From a virus, in IMG/VR virus record IMGVR_UViG_3300045988_100671: a stretch of 52,220 nt of DNA; one strand, written 5' to 3'. The position numbers were made by a program, and so were the translations under genes. Below, piece after piece: positions 1 to 7,528 of the stretch (position 1 is its first letter; every line of letters begins with the position of its first letter). The notes beneath the pieces are model-generated. The model made no database searches. It was given only the letters and a program-made list of their open reading frames with translations, and was not told where the DNA came from.

Positions 1-55
1 CACCAAGGCCCTTCTTGATAGCGGAGACATCCCGGAGGGCACCGTCATCGACAAC
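1..55. repeat. Terminal overlap, identical to 52166-52220
   Basis: Read directly: caccaaggcccttcttgatagcggagacatcccggagggcaccgtcatcgacaac occurs at both ends. Confidence 0.95.
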
Positions 56-607
56 CTCACCGGCCCCATCCAGGAGGCGGGTGAGGGCATGATCGCCAAG
101 GTGGAAAACACCGGAACCGGAGAGGCAACCGTAACCGTTCAGGCCAGCAGCATCGGCGTTTCCGTCGGATTCCCCCTCAAGGGCGTTGTCCTGTATGTGG
201 AAGACCCGGACACCGGCGCGGACGTCGCCTACACCTATCTCGACCTGCACGAGCATCCCGCCTGGATTCGTGCGGAGGGTGGCGCCACCAACTCCCTGCT
301 GACCTTTGAAATCCAGAGCATCATCTCCAGCGCCAGCAGCGTTCAGGCGGTCATCAACCCCAACGCCCTGGCCCGCATCGTCGATCTGGAGAACTATGCC
401 CTGATCGGACATAGCCACCAGATCAGCGACGTCATCGGGCTCCGCACGGAGCTGGACGATCACCAGGCCAGCCTTGACCTTCTGAATGACCTGGTTTCCG
501 GCGATATGCCCGGCGGCATCAATAAGACCGCCGACTTCTATACCCTGGCCGGAATCACCATCCGGGACGGCATCTGGAACCAGACCGCCCGGACGATCTC
601 CGCATGA
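2..607 (+). CDS. Tail fibre protein, C-terminal part (continues from 52041-52220 across the circular junction)
   Basis: With the overlap collapsed, the ORF opening at ATG 52041 is in the same frame as ORF 89-607. The joined product is about 243 aa. It has fibre-like sequence (IGHSHQISDV) and follows the baseplate J/I-like genes. Confidence 0.75.
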   Translation, partial: TKALLDSGDIPEGTVIDNLTGPIQEAGEGMIAKVENTGTGEATVTVQASSIGVSVGFPLKGVVLYVEDPDTGADVAYTYLDLHEHPAWIRAEGGATNSLLTFEIQSIISSASSVQAVINPNALARIVDLENYALIGHSHQISDVIGLRTELDDHQASLDLLNDLVSGDMPGGINKTADFYTLAGITIRDGIWNQTARTISA

Positions 608-682
608 GCTACGGGGTCCTGTGCAGCCAGGAGGAAGCAAGCTGCTTGATACCGAACCTAATCACGGAGTTAAAGCTCCCGT

Positions 683-712
683 GCCCCTGTGAGGGGCGCG
701 AGGGGCTTTTTC
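683..712 (+). terminator. Putative rho-independent terminator after tail fibre gene
   Basis: gcccc-tgtga-ggggc hairpin, then gcgaggggc followed by ttttt. Confidence 0.45.
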
Positions 713-821
713 TCTGTGGTTTGGGATATAACGGCCAGACCGTCACTGTACGGGTGCTCCCCGGCCTCATAGAGGTCGATGGCGTCCCGCCGGAGGAGGT
801 CGAGGCGATCAGAGAAAGGAG

Positions 822-1274
822 GTGCCTATGGCAAATAGGCAGGGCGAGCTCACCATCATCACCAAAGCAAAAGACCTGGTAAATCATACCCTCAAGCTGA
901 CGAACAATGCGAACCTGTTTCCGAAAAAGGTGCGCTTCACGCTCTGCCAGCGTATGCAGAACATCACCCTTCAAATTCTCCATGACATCATAGCCGCGAA
1001 CGAAATCTACCCACAGACCGCGGCTGAATGGAAGCGGCGGCTCGACCTTCAAAGGGAGGTATTGACCGGCTGCAAGATGTTCCTGACGTTTCTGGACATA
1101 GCCCTTGAGCAGGGATATGTGGACATCCGGCGGTGTGAGTATTGGACGGGGCTCACCACCGACGTTAAGAACCTGGCAGCGTCGTGGAGAAAGAAGGACG
1201 TCGAGAGGTGCAAGCAGCAGACCCAGGGCGTCCAGAATGGACAGCCCAGGGGGCAGCAGCCCTACCGGCGATGA
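822..1274 (+). CDS. avd: DGR accessory variability determinant (Avd-like four-helix-bundle protein)
   Basis: RBS aaaggagg upstream of the ATG. A 150-aa helical basic protein immediately upstream of TR and RT, resembling the Avd / 23S-rRNA-IVS protein family. Confidence 0.8.
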   Translation: MPMANRQGELTIITKAKDLVNHTLKLTNNANLFPKKVRFTLCQRMQNITLQILHDIIAANEIYPQTAAEWKRRLDLQREVLTGCKMFLTFLDIALEQGYVDIRRCEYWTGLTTDVKNLAASWRKKDVERCKQQTQGVQNGQPRGQQPYRR

Positions 1275-1326
1275 TTCGAGCCCAGGGGTGCGCTTTGTAC
1301 GTGCATCCGCCCCGGTGTGCCTTGGT

Positions 1327-1432
1327 CGGTCCCCGAACTCGTCGAACGCGAACAACGTGCGCTACGTGAACTCGGACGGGAGCCTCAACAACAACAACGC
1401 GTACAACGGCAACAGGGGCGTGCGCCCGGCTT
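1327..1432 (+). repeat. DGR template repeat (TR)
   Basis: 106 bp align without gaps to 3301-3406, and the 3' 77 bp align to 23201-23277. Rich in AAC codons, about 27 adenines by my count. All mismatches to both VRs fall on TR adenines. Confidence 0.95.
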
Positions 1433-1598
1433 CGGTGGAAACTGCGATTGAGTAGCCTGTATGGGCGAAAACAGAAGCCTACCATCAAAGGAAGGTGCTT
1501 CCCGCCCCAGCCTGACAGGGCGGGGGCAAACACATAGCGTTGACGCCCGGCGGCTCGCACAGTGGAGCCACTTGGCTATCAGCAACGGAGGTCCCCTT

Positions 1599-2750
1599 TT
1601 GAAACCAAATCAATCTTTTGAATCCGTTTATGACTTCTCGAATCTGTATGCAGCGTATCGGGCCGCCCGAAAGGGAAAGCGATGGAAAAGTACCGTCGCA
1701 AAGGTGGAGGCCAATGCGCTGGAGGCTGTTGCATATCTCCAAAAAGAGCTCCGGGACGGAACCTACCGCCCCGGAGCTTACTATGAGTTTTTCGTCTATG
1801 AGCCGAAGAAAAGGCTCATCCAAACGAATAGCATCAAGGACAAGATCGTGCAGCACGCCTTCTGTGACCAGGTTCTGTACCCGGTCCTCTCCAGGCCCTT
1901 TATCCTGGACAACTATGGTTCCCAGGTTGGGAAGGGCACCCATTTCGGCCTTGACCGGCTCCGTGACTTCATGCGGGAGTATTACCGCCGCCATGGGAGC
2001 GCGGACGGATGGGTGCTAAAGGCCGACGTCCATCATTATTTCGCCAGCATCCGCCACGACATCCTCAAGCAGGACGTTGCCGAGCTGCTGACGGACCCGC
2101 GCTGTCTCGCGCTGTCCACCGCAATCATAGACAGCACGCCGGGTGGCGTCGGAATACCTATAGGAAACCAAAGCTCGCAAATCTATGCGCTGCTGTATCT
2201 CAACAAGTTAGACCACTTCGTCAAAGAAGTCCTGCGGATAAGGTATTACGGCCGGTACATGGACGATTTCTACCTCATCCACGAGGACAAGGCCGTTCTC
2301 AAGGAGGCCTGGGCCCGCATTGAGGAACACCTCTCAGCCAGAGGCCTCCAGCTCAACGGCAAAACCAACATCTTCCCGCTGCGGAACGGCCTGGACTTCC
2401 TGGGCTTTCATAGCTACCTTACCGACACAGGAAAGGTCATCAGGAAGGTCCGCCGTTCCAGCAGGGAGAGAATGAAGCGAAAGCTCCGCAAGTTCTCTGT
2501 CATGTATGCGGCCGGGGCCATCAGTAAGGAGGAGATCACGGCCAGCTACCAAAGCTGGAGGTCTCACGCTATGCACGGCCAGTGTAGGTCCTTGGTCGAA
2601 AAGTATGACAGGATCTTTGAGCAAATATTTACCCAAAGGAGTGATAAGCAAAATGTCGCAGAAAATCAGCGCTCTGCCGGTGGGGGCCAAGGTCAGAGAC
2701 ACGAAGACCAAATACTACGGCGTCCCCATCCCGTTCCAGATCGGCGATAA
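1599..2750 (+). CDS. DGR reverse transcriptase
   Basis: RT motifs include IGNQSSQ (DGR-RT hallmark), YGRYMDDF (YMDD) and LDFLGF. The best start is TTG 1599, with GGAGG at 1587-1591. The track ORF opens at ATG 1461 without an RBS. The 3' end overlaps the target gene by 98 nt. Confidence 0.93.
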   Translation: MKPNQSFESVYDFSNLYAAYRAARKGKRWKSTVAKVEANALEAVAYLQKELRDGTYRPGAYYEFFVYEPKKRLIQTNSIKDKIVQHAFCDQVLYPVLSRPFILDNYGSQVGKGTHFGLDRLRDFMREYYRRHGSADGWVLKADVHHYFASIRHDILKQDVAELLTDPRCLALSTAIIDSTPGGVGIPIGNQSSQIYALLYLNKLDHFVKEVLRIRYYGRYMDDFYLIHEDKAVLKEAWARIEEHLSARGLQLNGKTNIFPLRNGLDFLGFHSYLTDTGKVIRKVRRSSRERMKRKLRKFSVMYAAGAISKEEITASYQSWRSHAMHGQCRSLVEKYDRIFEQIFTQRSDKQNVAENQRSAGGGQGQRHEDQILRRPHPVPDRR

Positions 2751-4353
2751 GAACCACGCCGGGTACCCGAGCAACAGCACCACCCTTGTGGTTGAGAAGA
2801 TCATCAAGCTGTGCTGCTTCGATGCTACGGAGAGCGGCGGCAACAATGACCGACGGAACTACGGAAACAACCGCATGGTCCTGGCAAATATCCGCCAGTG
2901 GCTCAATAAGAGTGGAACCGGCTGGTATCAGGCGCAGCACAGCTACGACCGCCCGCCCTCCAACGCTTATGTCTGGAGTAACTACAATGAGTACGACGGC
3001 GAGGCGGGCTTCCTCACCGGCTTCGGCCCGGAGATGCTGGCAGCCCTGCTCACCACCACCCTGACCGTCGCAAAGCCTACCGTGGACGGCGGAGGCTCCG
3101 AGACCTTCCAGGACAAGGTATTCCTTCTGTCCATGGCGGAGGTCGGCCTCGGCTCCGAGAACGGCATCAGCGAGGGTTCCAAGCTGGCCCTGTTCAGTGA
3201 CAACAACAGCCGCAAGGCATACCCTACGACCCAGGCCGTCAGCAACAGCGAGTACACCAGCAGCTCGTTGAGTGCTTCGCAGCCGTGGTACTGGTGGCTT
3301 CGGTCCCCGGGCTCGTCGAACGCGTACTACGTGCGCTACGTGTACTCGGACGGGAGCCTCAACTACAACCGCGCGTACTACGGCAACAGGGGCGTGCGCC
3401 CGGCTTTGAATCTGTCCTCTGACATCTTGGTATCTGATTCTCCGGACAGCGAAGGCTACTACACGATCATCTGGAATAACAACCCCAACACCCCTCCGTC
3501 CATCACCGTTCCCGAGACGGTGCGGAGCGGGAAAAATCTGACCGTGACCTGGGCGGCGTCCGTTGACCCGGATGGCGACGCCGTGAGCTACGAGCTGGAG
3601 CGCCAGTACAACGGAGGCGGCTGGAGCAACGTGTATAGCGGGAGCGCTACCACCTTCACCGATACCGGAATCACCGGCAGCATGAACACCGTGGCCTACC
3701 GTGTGCGGGCCAAGGATAGCAAGGCAGCATACAGCGCCTACACCACGAGCCCGACCAGAACGGTTACGCACAATGTAGACCCGACGATCAGCGGCACCAA
3801 CCAGAACCTCGGCACGGTCACGAGCCCCCCGAGTTACCAGTATAGCGTCGGAGACAGTGACACCGGTGACACGCTGGAGATCGTGGAGAGCCTGGACGGC
3901 GTCGAGGTCCGCACCATCCAGAACGCGGTGCGCGGGCAGCCCTACACCTTCGCCCTCACGGCGGCGCAGTTCACCGCCCTCACCGGACAGCACACCATGT
4001 CCATCAAGGTCACGGACAGCGCTGGTAACAGCGCGACCCGGACGATCACGTTCACCCGCACTATCTCCCGGATTGACTTCGACTGGAAGATCGACGACAC
4101 CTCTGCTGCCGCCGAAAAAATCCTCGTCTCCATGCGGTACAACGCCCACGAGGACGGTGTGGTCCTCCAGGTGTGCAACAACTACAACGACGCTTCCCCC
4201 GCGTGGGAGACGGCGACGGTAGGTCTCAAGCATATGTTCTCCAACCAGAGCAAGACTGCGGATAGCTGGGCCGTCGGCGTTCGCGTCACCATCGAGAAGA
4301 CCAGCGGATGGGACGCCATTTCGTGCTACTCCCTGTCCGCCAGCTACATCTAA
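2653..4353 (+). CDS. DGR target protein 1: N-terminal lectin-like variable domain (VR1) followed by FN3/Ig-like domains; probable receptor-binding tail protein
   Basis: ATG 2653 with aaaggag upstream. Contains VR1 (aa about 216-252 of 566). The scaffold VFLLSMAEV...WYWWLRSP...GVRPAL is typical of DGR variable proteins. FN3-like PPSITVPETVRSGKNLTVTWAAS...YRVRAKD lies downstream. Confidence 0.85.
   Translation: MSQKISALPVGAKVRDTKTKYYGVPIPFQIGDKNHAGYPSNSTTLVVEKIIKLCCFDATESGGNNDRRNYGNNRMVLANIRQWLNKSGTGWYQAQHSYDRPPSNAYVWSNYNEYDGEAGFLTGFGPEMLAALLTTTLTVAKPTVDGGGSETFQDKVFLLSMAEVGLGSENGISEGSKLALFSDNNSRKAYPTTQAVSNSEYTSSSLSASQPWYWWLRSPGSSNAYYVRYVYSDGSLNYNRAYYGNRGVRPALNLSSDILVSDSPDSEGYYTIIWNNNPNTPPSITVPETVRSGKNLTVTWAASVDPDGDAVSYELERQYNGGGWSNVYSGSATTFTDTGITGSMNTVAYRVRAKDSKAAYSAYTTSPTRTVTHNVDPTISGTNQNLGTVTSPPSYQYSVGDSDTGDTLEIVESLDGVEVRTIQNAVRGQPYTFALTAAQFTALTGQHTMSIKVTDSAGNSATRTITFTRTISRIDFDWKIDDTSAAAEKILVSMRYNAHEDGVVLQVCNNYNDASPAWETATVGLKHMFSNQSKTADSWAVGVRVTIEKTSGWDAISCYSLSASYI
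3301..3406 (+). repeat. DGR variable repeat 1 (VR1)
   Basis: 9 mismatches to the TR over 106 bp, all at TR adenines. The 3' GC-rich stretch aggggcgtgcgcccggctt is identical (IMH-like). Homology ends at ctt|tga versus TR ctt|cgg. Confidence 0.95.
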
Positions 4354-4370
4354 TCGGGGAGGGATGAACC

Positions 4371-5153
4371 ATGAAAACACTTGATGAAGCGAGGGCATAC
4401 GCAAAGCAGGAAAAGAGCCGCGATACCTGTGAAATCTGGGAGGCTATCCTTGCTGCTCACGACGCCCTTGTCGCCATCGGGAGCCCCGGGCTCCCGGAAC
4501 GCTATGTTTCCATCGCCAGGTCCAACCTGGTCAGAGCCGGTTCGGTTGAATCCGGCAGCTTCACAGACGACGATCTGACCGCCATGGCGACCGCAGACGG
4601 CGTCCGTGTCTGGGAGGCGGACATGGGCATGATCTTCAAGGACGAGCCCGTCATCGGTCCCGATCAGGAGCTCTACATCTGCCAGCAGCAGCACCAGGCG
4701 CAGGCCGGGTGGGCCCCTGGCAGCGAAGGAGGCCGAACCCTGTTCCGCCTGCTCCGCAAAGAGCCCGAGGAGCCAGGCACGTACCTTGAATTTGCTTGGG
4801 GAGAGCACGTCCCCTATGGCGCCGTTCGTCGTGACCCCATCGACGGGAAACTCTATACCCCCATCAAGGAGGCGGGCGTCACTCTCTACGAGCCCCATTA
4901 TCCGCACCTTGTTCCCTCGGAGTACAAGCTCTATGAGGACGGCGAAGAAATTCCCAAGCCGGAGCCGGAGCCGGAGCCTGAACCCGAGCCGAGCAGCGCT
5001 CCTGACTGGAACGATCTCGAAGCAAATCATCCGTTTGCTGTTGGAGATCACTTCACCTACAACGGCACGGAGTACGAAGTCCTCCGCGCCTTCTCCAAGC
5101 TGGATCACTGGGCCCCGCCCGCCCTTCTCAACGACTACTACAAGGCGGTGTAA
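4371..5153 (+). CDS. Hypothetical protein with two W/Y-rich carbohydrate-binding-like repeats split by a (PE)n linker
   Basis: RBS ggggaggg. Repeats end in GWAPG and HWAPPALL, with a PEPEPEPEPEPEPS linker. The CBM5/12-like assignment is by eye only. Confidence 0.6.
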   Translation: MKTLDEARAYAKQEKSRDTCEIWEAILAAHDALVAIGSPGLPERYVSIARSNLVRAGSVESGSFTDDDLTAMATADGVRVWEADMGMIFKDEPVIGPDQELYICQQQHQAQAGWAPGSEGGRTLFRLLRKEPEEPGTYLEFAWGEHVPYGAVRRDPIDGKLYTPIKEAGVTLYEPHYPHLVPSEYKLYEDGEEIPKPEPEPEPEPEPSSAPDWNDLEANHPFAVGDHFTYNGTEYEVLRAFSKLDHWAPPALLNDYYKAV

Positions 5154-5165
5154 GGAGGGAAGCCA

Positions 5166-5510
5166 ATGACTATTAGTATCTGGGGTGCCGTGGCTGCGTT
5201 CGTCGCCGCCATGGGCATCCCTTCTGCTGTCATGGGCCTTGTTGTCTGGCGCATGGAGCGCCGCATCGACCGGCACGACAAAGCCCTTGAGGAGAAGAAC
5301 GAAGCCCAGAAGGAGCTTGTCCTCATCCTTATCAAGGGAACCCGGGCGAGCATCGCCCTCGGAGAGGCCACAGCAAAAGCCGTTCAGAGAATCCCGGACG
5401 CTCATTGCAATGGCGATATGCACGCTGCCCTTGAGTATGCAACCGGTGTAAAGCACGAGCAGAAAGACTTCCTGGCTCGCCAGGGCGTCAATGCCTTGCT
5501 TGATGATTGA
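5166..5510 (+). CDS. Membrane protein, putative holin or lysis accessory
   Basis: RBS aaggaggg. One N-terminal TM helix followed by a charged helical region. Located in the lysis cassette. Confidence 0.6.
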   Translation: MTISIWGAVAAFVAAMGIPSAVMGLVVWRMERRIDRHDKALEEKNEAQKELVLILIKGTRASIALGEATAKAVQRIPDAHCNGDMHAALEYATGVKHEQKDFLARQGVNALLDD

Positions 5511-5519
5511 GGTGATGGT

Positions 5520-5867
5520 ATGGAAAACTACCAACCCAAACGCCTCTCACAGAACCGGCGCCCCTGGGAGTTCAAGAAGAAGCTGGCTGCATGGGCGGCG
5601 GTGGCGATCACCGCCGCCGCCGTAGCCTCTTATGCCTTGGCCTACATGGACAAGCAGACCGCCAGCGACGTGACGATTGCGATTATTACCGCCTGCGGTA
5701 GCGTGATTGCTGCTTACATCGCCGCGTCCACTGGAGAGAAAGTGAGCAGGAACCGTCATGGCCTTGACGCCGACGGACTGCCCTACCAGGCCGCGAACAC
5801 AGATGCCGCGGTTGACACCTCGACCGTGGCATCTTGTTCTGATACCACCACAACCGGAAAAGGATAA
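5520..5867 (+). CDS. Two-TM membrane protein, putative holin-like
   Basis: Two hydrophobic helices (AAWAAVAITAAAVASYALAY, IAIITACGSVIAAYIAAS). Lies between a membrane protein and the LL-H holin. Confidence 0.55.
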   Translation: MENYQPKRLSQNRRPWEFKKKLAAWAAVAITAAAVASYALAYMDKQTASDVTIAIITACGSVIAAYIAASTGEKVSRNRHGLDADGLPYQAANTDAAVDTSTVASCSDTTTTGKG

Positions 5868-5884
5868 ACAAAGGAGGATTTATC

Positions 5885-6250
5885 ATGTACGACATCACCC
5901 CCATCATCGAGGCCGCCGGTCTCCTGTTCGCCACCGTCATCACCTGCGTCCTGGTCCCCTACATCAAGAGCAAGACCACGTCCGAGCAGCAGAAGGAAAT
6001 CAATGCGTGGGTCAAGATCGCCGTCTCTGCTGCCGAGCAGATTTTCAACGGCAGCGGCCGTGGAGAGGAGAAGAAGGCCTATGTCATCGCCTGGCTCAAG
6101 GAGCACGGCGTCAAGGTCGATGAGACGGAGCTTGACGCTCTGATCGAGGCCGCAGTCTATGAGCTGAACCAGGGCATCATCCCGATCGAAGGCGTCACCA
6201 TCGAAACCACTACCGAAGTCGAAAGAGAGGAGCAGACGGACCATGAGTAA
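5885..6250 (+). CDS. Holin, LL-H family-like
   Basis: RBS aaaggagg. N-terminal TM helix, then KIAVSAAEQ...KKAYVIAWLKEHG...LIEAAVYELN, typical of LL-H holins. Overlaps the endolysin start. Confidence 0.7.
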   Translation: MYDITPIIEAAGLLFATVITCVLVPYIKSKTTSEQQKEINAWVKIAVSAAEQIFNGSGRGEEKKAYVIAWLKEHGVKVDETELDALIEAAVYELNQGIIPIEGVTIETTTEVEREEQTDHE

Positions 6251-7265
6251 CAGCAGCCTTGTCAGCTATACGCAGATCAGCCCCAACAAGAGCAGCCCCC
6301 GGAAGTATGCCATTACCCGGGTGACCATCCATTGTGTTGTAGGACAGGTGACCGTCCAGAGCCTCGGCGGCGTGTTCGCTCCGAGCTCCAGACAGGCCAG
6401 CAGCAACTATGGTATCGGCAAGGATGGCAAGGTCGGTATGTACGTCGAGGAGAAGGACCGTTCCTGGTGCAGCTCCAACGCCGACAACGACAACCGCGCC
6501 GTCACCATCGAGGTGGCGTCTGATACCTACGCCCCCTACAAGGTGACCAATGCGGCCTATTCCGCCCTTCTGGACCTGGTCACGGACATCTGCCGCCGGA
6601 ACGGGAAGACCAAGATCCTCTGGTTCGGCGACAAGAACAAGACCCTGGCCTATCAGCCGAAGTCCAACGAGATGGTGATGACCGTTCACCGCTGGTTCGC
6701 CAATAAGAGCTGCCCGGGCGATTACCTCTACAACCTGCATGATGAGATCGCGGCGGAGGTCAACAAGCGCCTGTCTGGCGGAGGCTCCTCCGCCAGCACG
6801 CCCAGCACCGGCGGCAGCACCGGCGGCCAGACGGCCGTAAACTACACTGTCCAGGTGACGGCATCTGACCTCAACATCCGCACCGGCCCCGGGACCAACT
6901 ACGGAAGTAAGGGCTTCATCAAGCCCGGCGTCTATACCATCGTGGCCGAGGCCAGCGGCACCGGCGCCTCCAAGTGGGGCAAGCTCAAGAGCGGAGCTGG
7001 CTGGATTTCCCTGGACTACGTCAAGAAGACCGGGAGCGCCGGAACGGCGTCCAGCTCCATCAAGGTGGGCAGCACCGTCACGATCAAGAGCGGCGCCGTG
7101 TATGGCGGCCTCACCACCTCCAGAGGCGCAAAGGTCCCGAGCTACATCTCTGGGACGTCCCGCCGCTACACTGTCAGCCAGATCGCCGAGCACAAGGGCG
7201 TCCAGGAGGCGCTTCTCAAGGAGATCACTTCCTGGGTTGCGCTGTCCTATCTGAATCTGGTATAA
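6243..7265 (+). CDS. Endolysin: N-acetylmuramoyl-L-alanine amidase (Amidase_2/PGRP-like) with SH3-type wall-binding repeats
   Basis: NYGIGKDGKVGMYVEEKDRSWCSSNADNDNRAVTIEVA amidase core. SH3-like LNIRTGPGTNYGSKGFIKPGVYTIV...WGKLKSGAGWISLDYV. Confidence 0.85.
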   Translation: MSNSSLVSYTQISPNKSSPRKYAITRVTIHCVVGQVTVQSLGGVFAPSSRQASSNYGIGKDGKVGMYVEEKDRSWCSSNADNDNRAVTIEVASDTYAPYKVTNAAYSALLDLVTDICRRNGKTKILWFGDKNKTLAYQPKSNEMVMTVHRWFANKSCPGDYLYNLHDEIAAEVNKRLSGGGSSASTPSTGGSTGGQTAVNYTVQVTASDLNIRTGPGTNYGSKGFIKPGVYTIVAEASGTGASKWGKLKSGAGWISLDYVKKTGSAGTASSSIKVGSTVTIKSGAVYGGLTTSRGAKVPSYISGTSRRYTVSQIAEHKGVQEALLKEITSWVALSYLNLV

Positions 7266-7310
7266 TAACCACGGAAGGCCACGGGCCCTGCTTACTCCCT
7301 TCTGGGGCCC

Positions 7311-7336
7311 GTGGCATTACCATGGCATTACCGCAT
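7311..7336 (+). repeat. Tandem 11-bp repeat doublet gtggcattacc/atggcattacc (candidate integrase arm site)
   Basis: gtggcattaccatggcattaccgcat. A near-identical doublet lies at 7503-7528. Confidence 0.7.
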
Positions 7337-7452
7337 TTTGGAGCGAGGTAGACGAGCCGGAAACGGGACGATACCGGAGACCAAAGAGACGAAAAAGACT
7401 GTCGGAGACCGCAAAACAGCCCCCGACAGTCGAGTGGGAATAATGAACCGAA

Positions 7453-7497
7453 GCCCCCAAACCCCTGATTTTTCAAGGGTTTGGGGGCCTTTTTTGT
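7453..7497 (+). terminator. Rho-independent terminator-like hairpin inside the att region
   Basis: Perfect 12-bp stem gcccccaaaccc / gggtttgggggc with a 12-nt loop, followed by cttttttg. Confidence 0.6.
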
Positions 7498-7502
7498 TTG
7501 CC

Positions 7503-7528
7503 GTGGCATTACCGTGGCATTACGGCAT
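7503..7528 (+). repeat. Tandem 11-bp repeat doublet gtggcattacc/gtggcattacg (candidate integrase arm site)
   Basis: gtggcattaccgtggcattacggcat. Overlaps the integrase stop codon (7520-7522). Confidence 0.7.

Larger units (their letters stand above)
7266..7519. promoter_or_regulatory. Candidate attP region next to the integrase gene
   Basis: Non-coding stretch between endolysin and integrase. It is flanked by two doublets of an 11-bp repeat and contains strong hairpins. Confidence 0.5.

Noticed and set aside
1-55. Terminal 55-bp repeats as biological DTRs, LTRs or att sites.
   Set aside because: The length equals a common assembler k-mer, and a gene reads straight through the junction. This is most simply explained as circular-contig overlap, so it is kept only as a finding to verify.
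604-882. ORF 604-882 in the fibre/avd intergenic region.
   Set aside because: It has no RBS, runs through a terminator-like hairpin and into avd, and its composition is unlike neighbouring genes.
1273-1283. tRNA-like T-arm sequence gattcgagccc upstream of the TR.
   Set aside because: No acceptor, D or anticodon arms can be drawn around it. I found no convincing tRNA anywhere in the window.
1105-1455. ORF 1105-1455 (and the antisense ORF 1165-1560) covering the TR.
   Set aside because: Its C-terminal part is just the TR read in the VR frame (NNVRYVNSDGSLNNNNAYNGNRGVRPAS). It overlaps avd and has no RBS. TRs are non-coding templates.
4959-4991. Tandem ccggag repeats.
   Set aside because: An in-frame (PE)n interdomain linker of protein 4371-5153, not a regulatory or mobile repeat.
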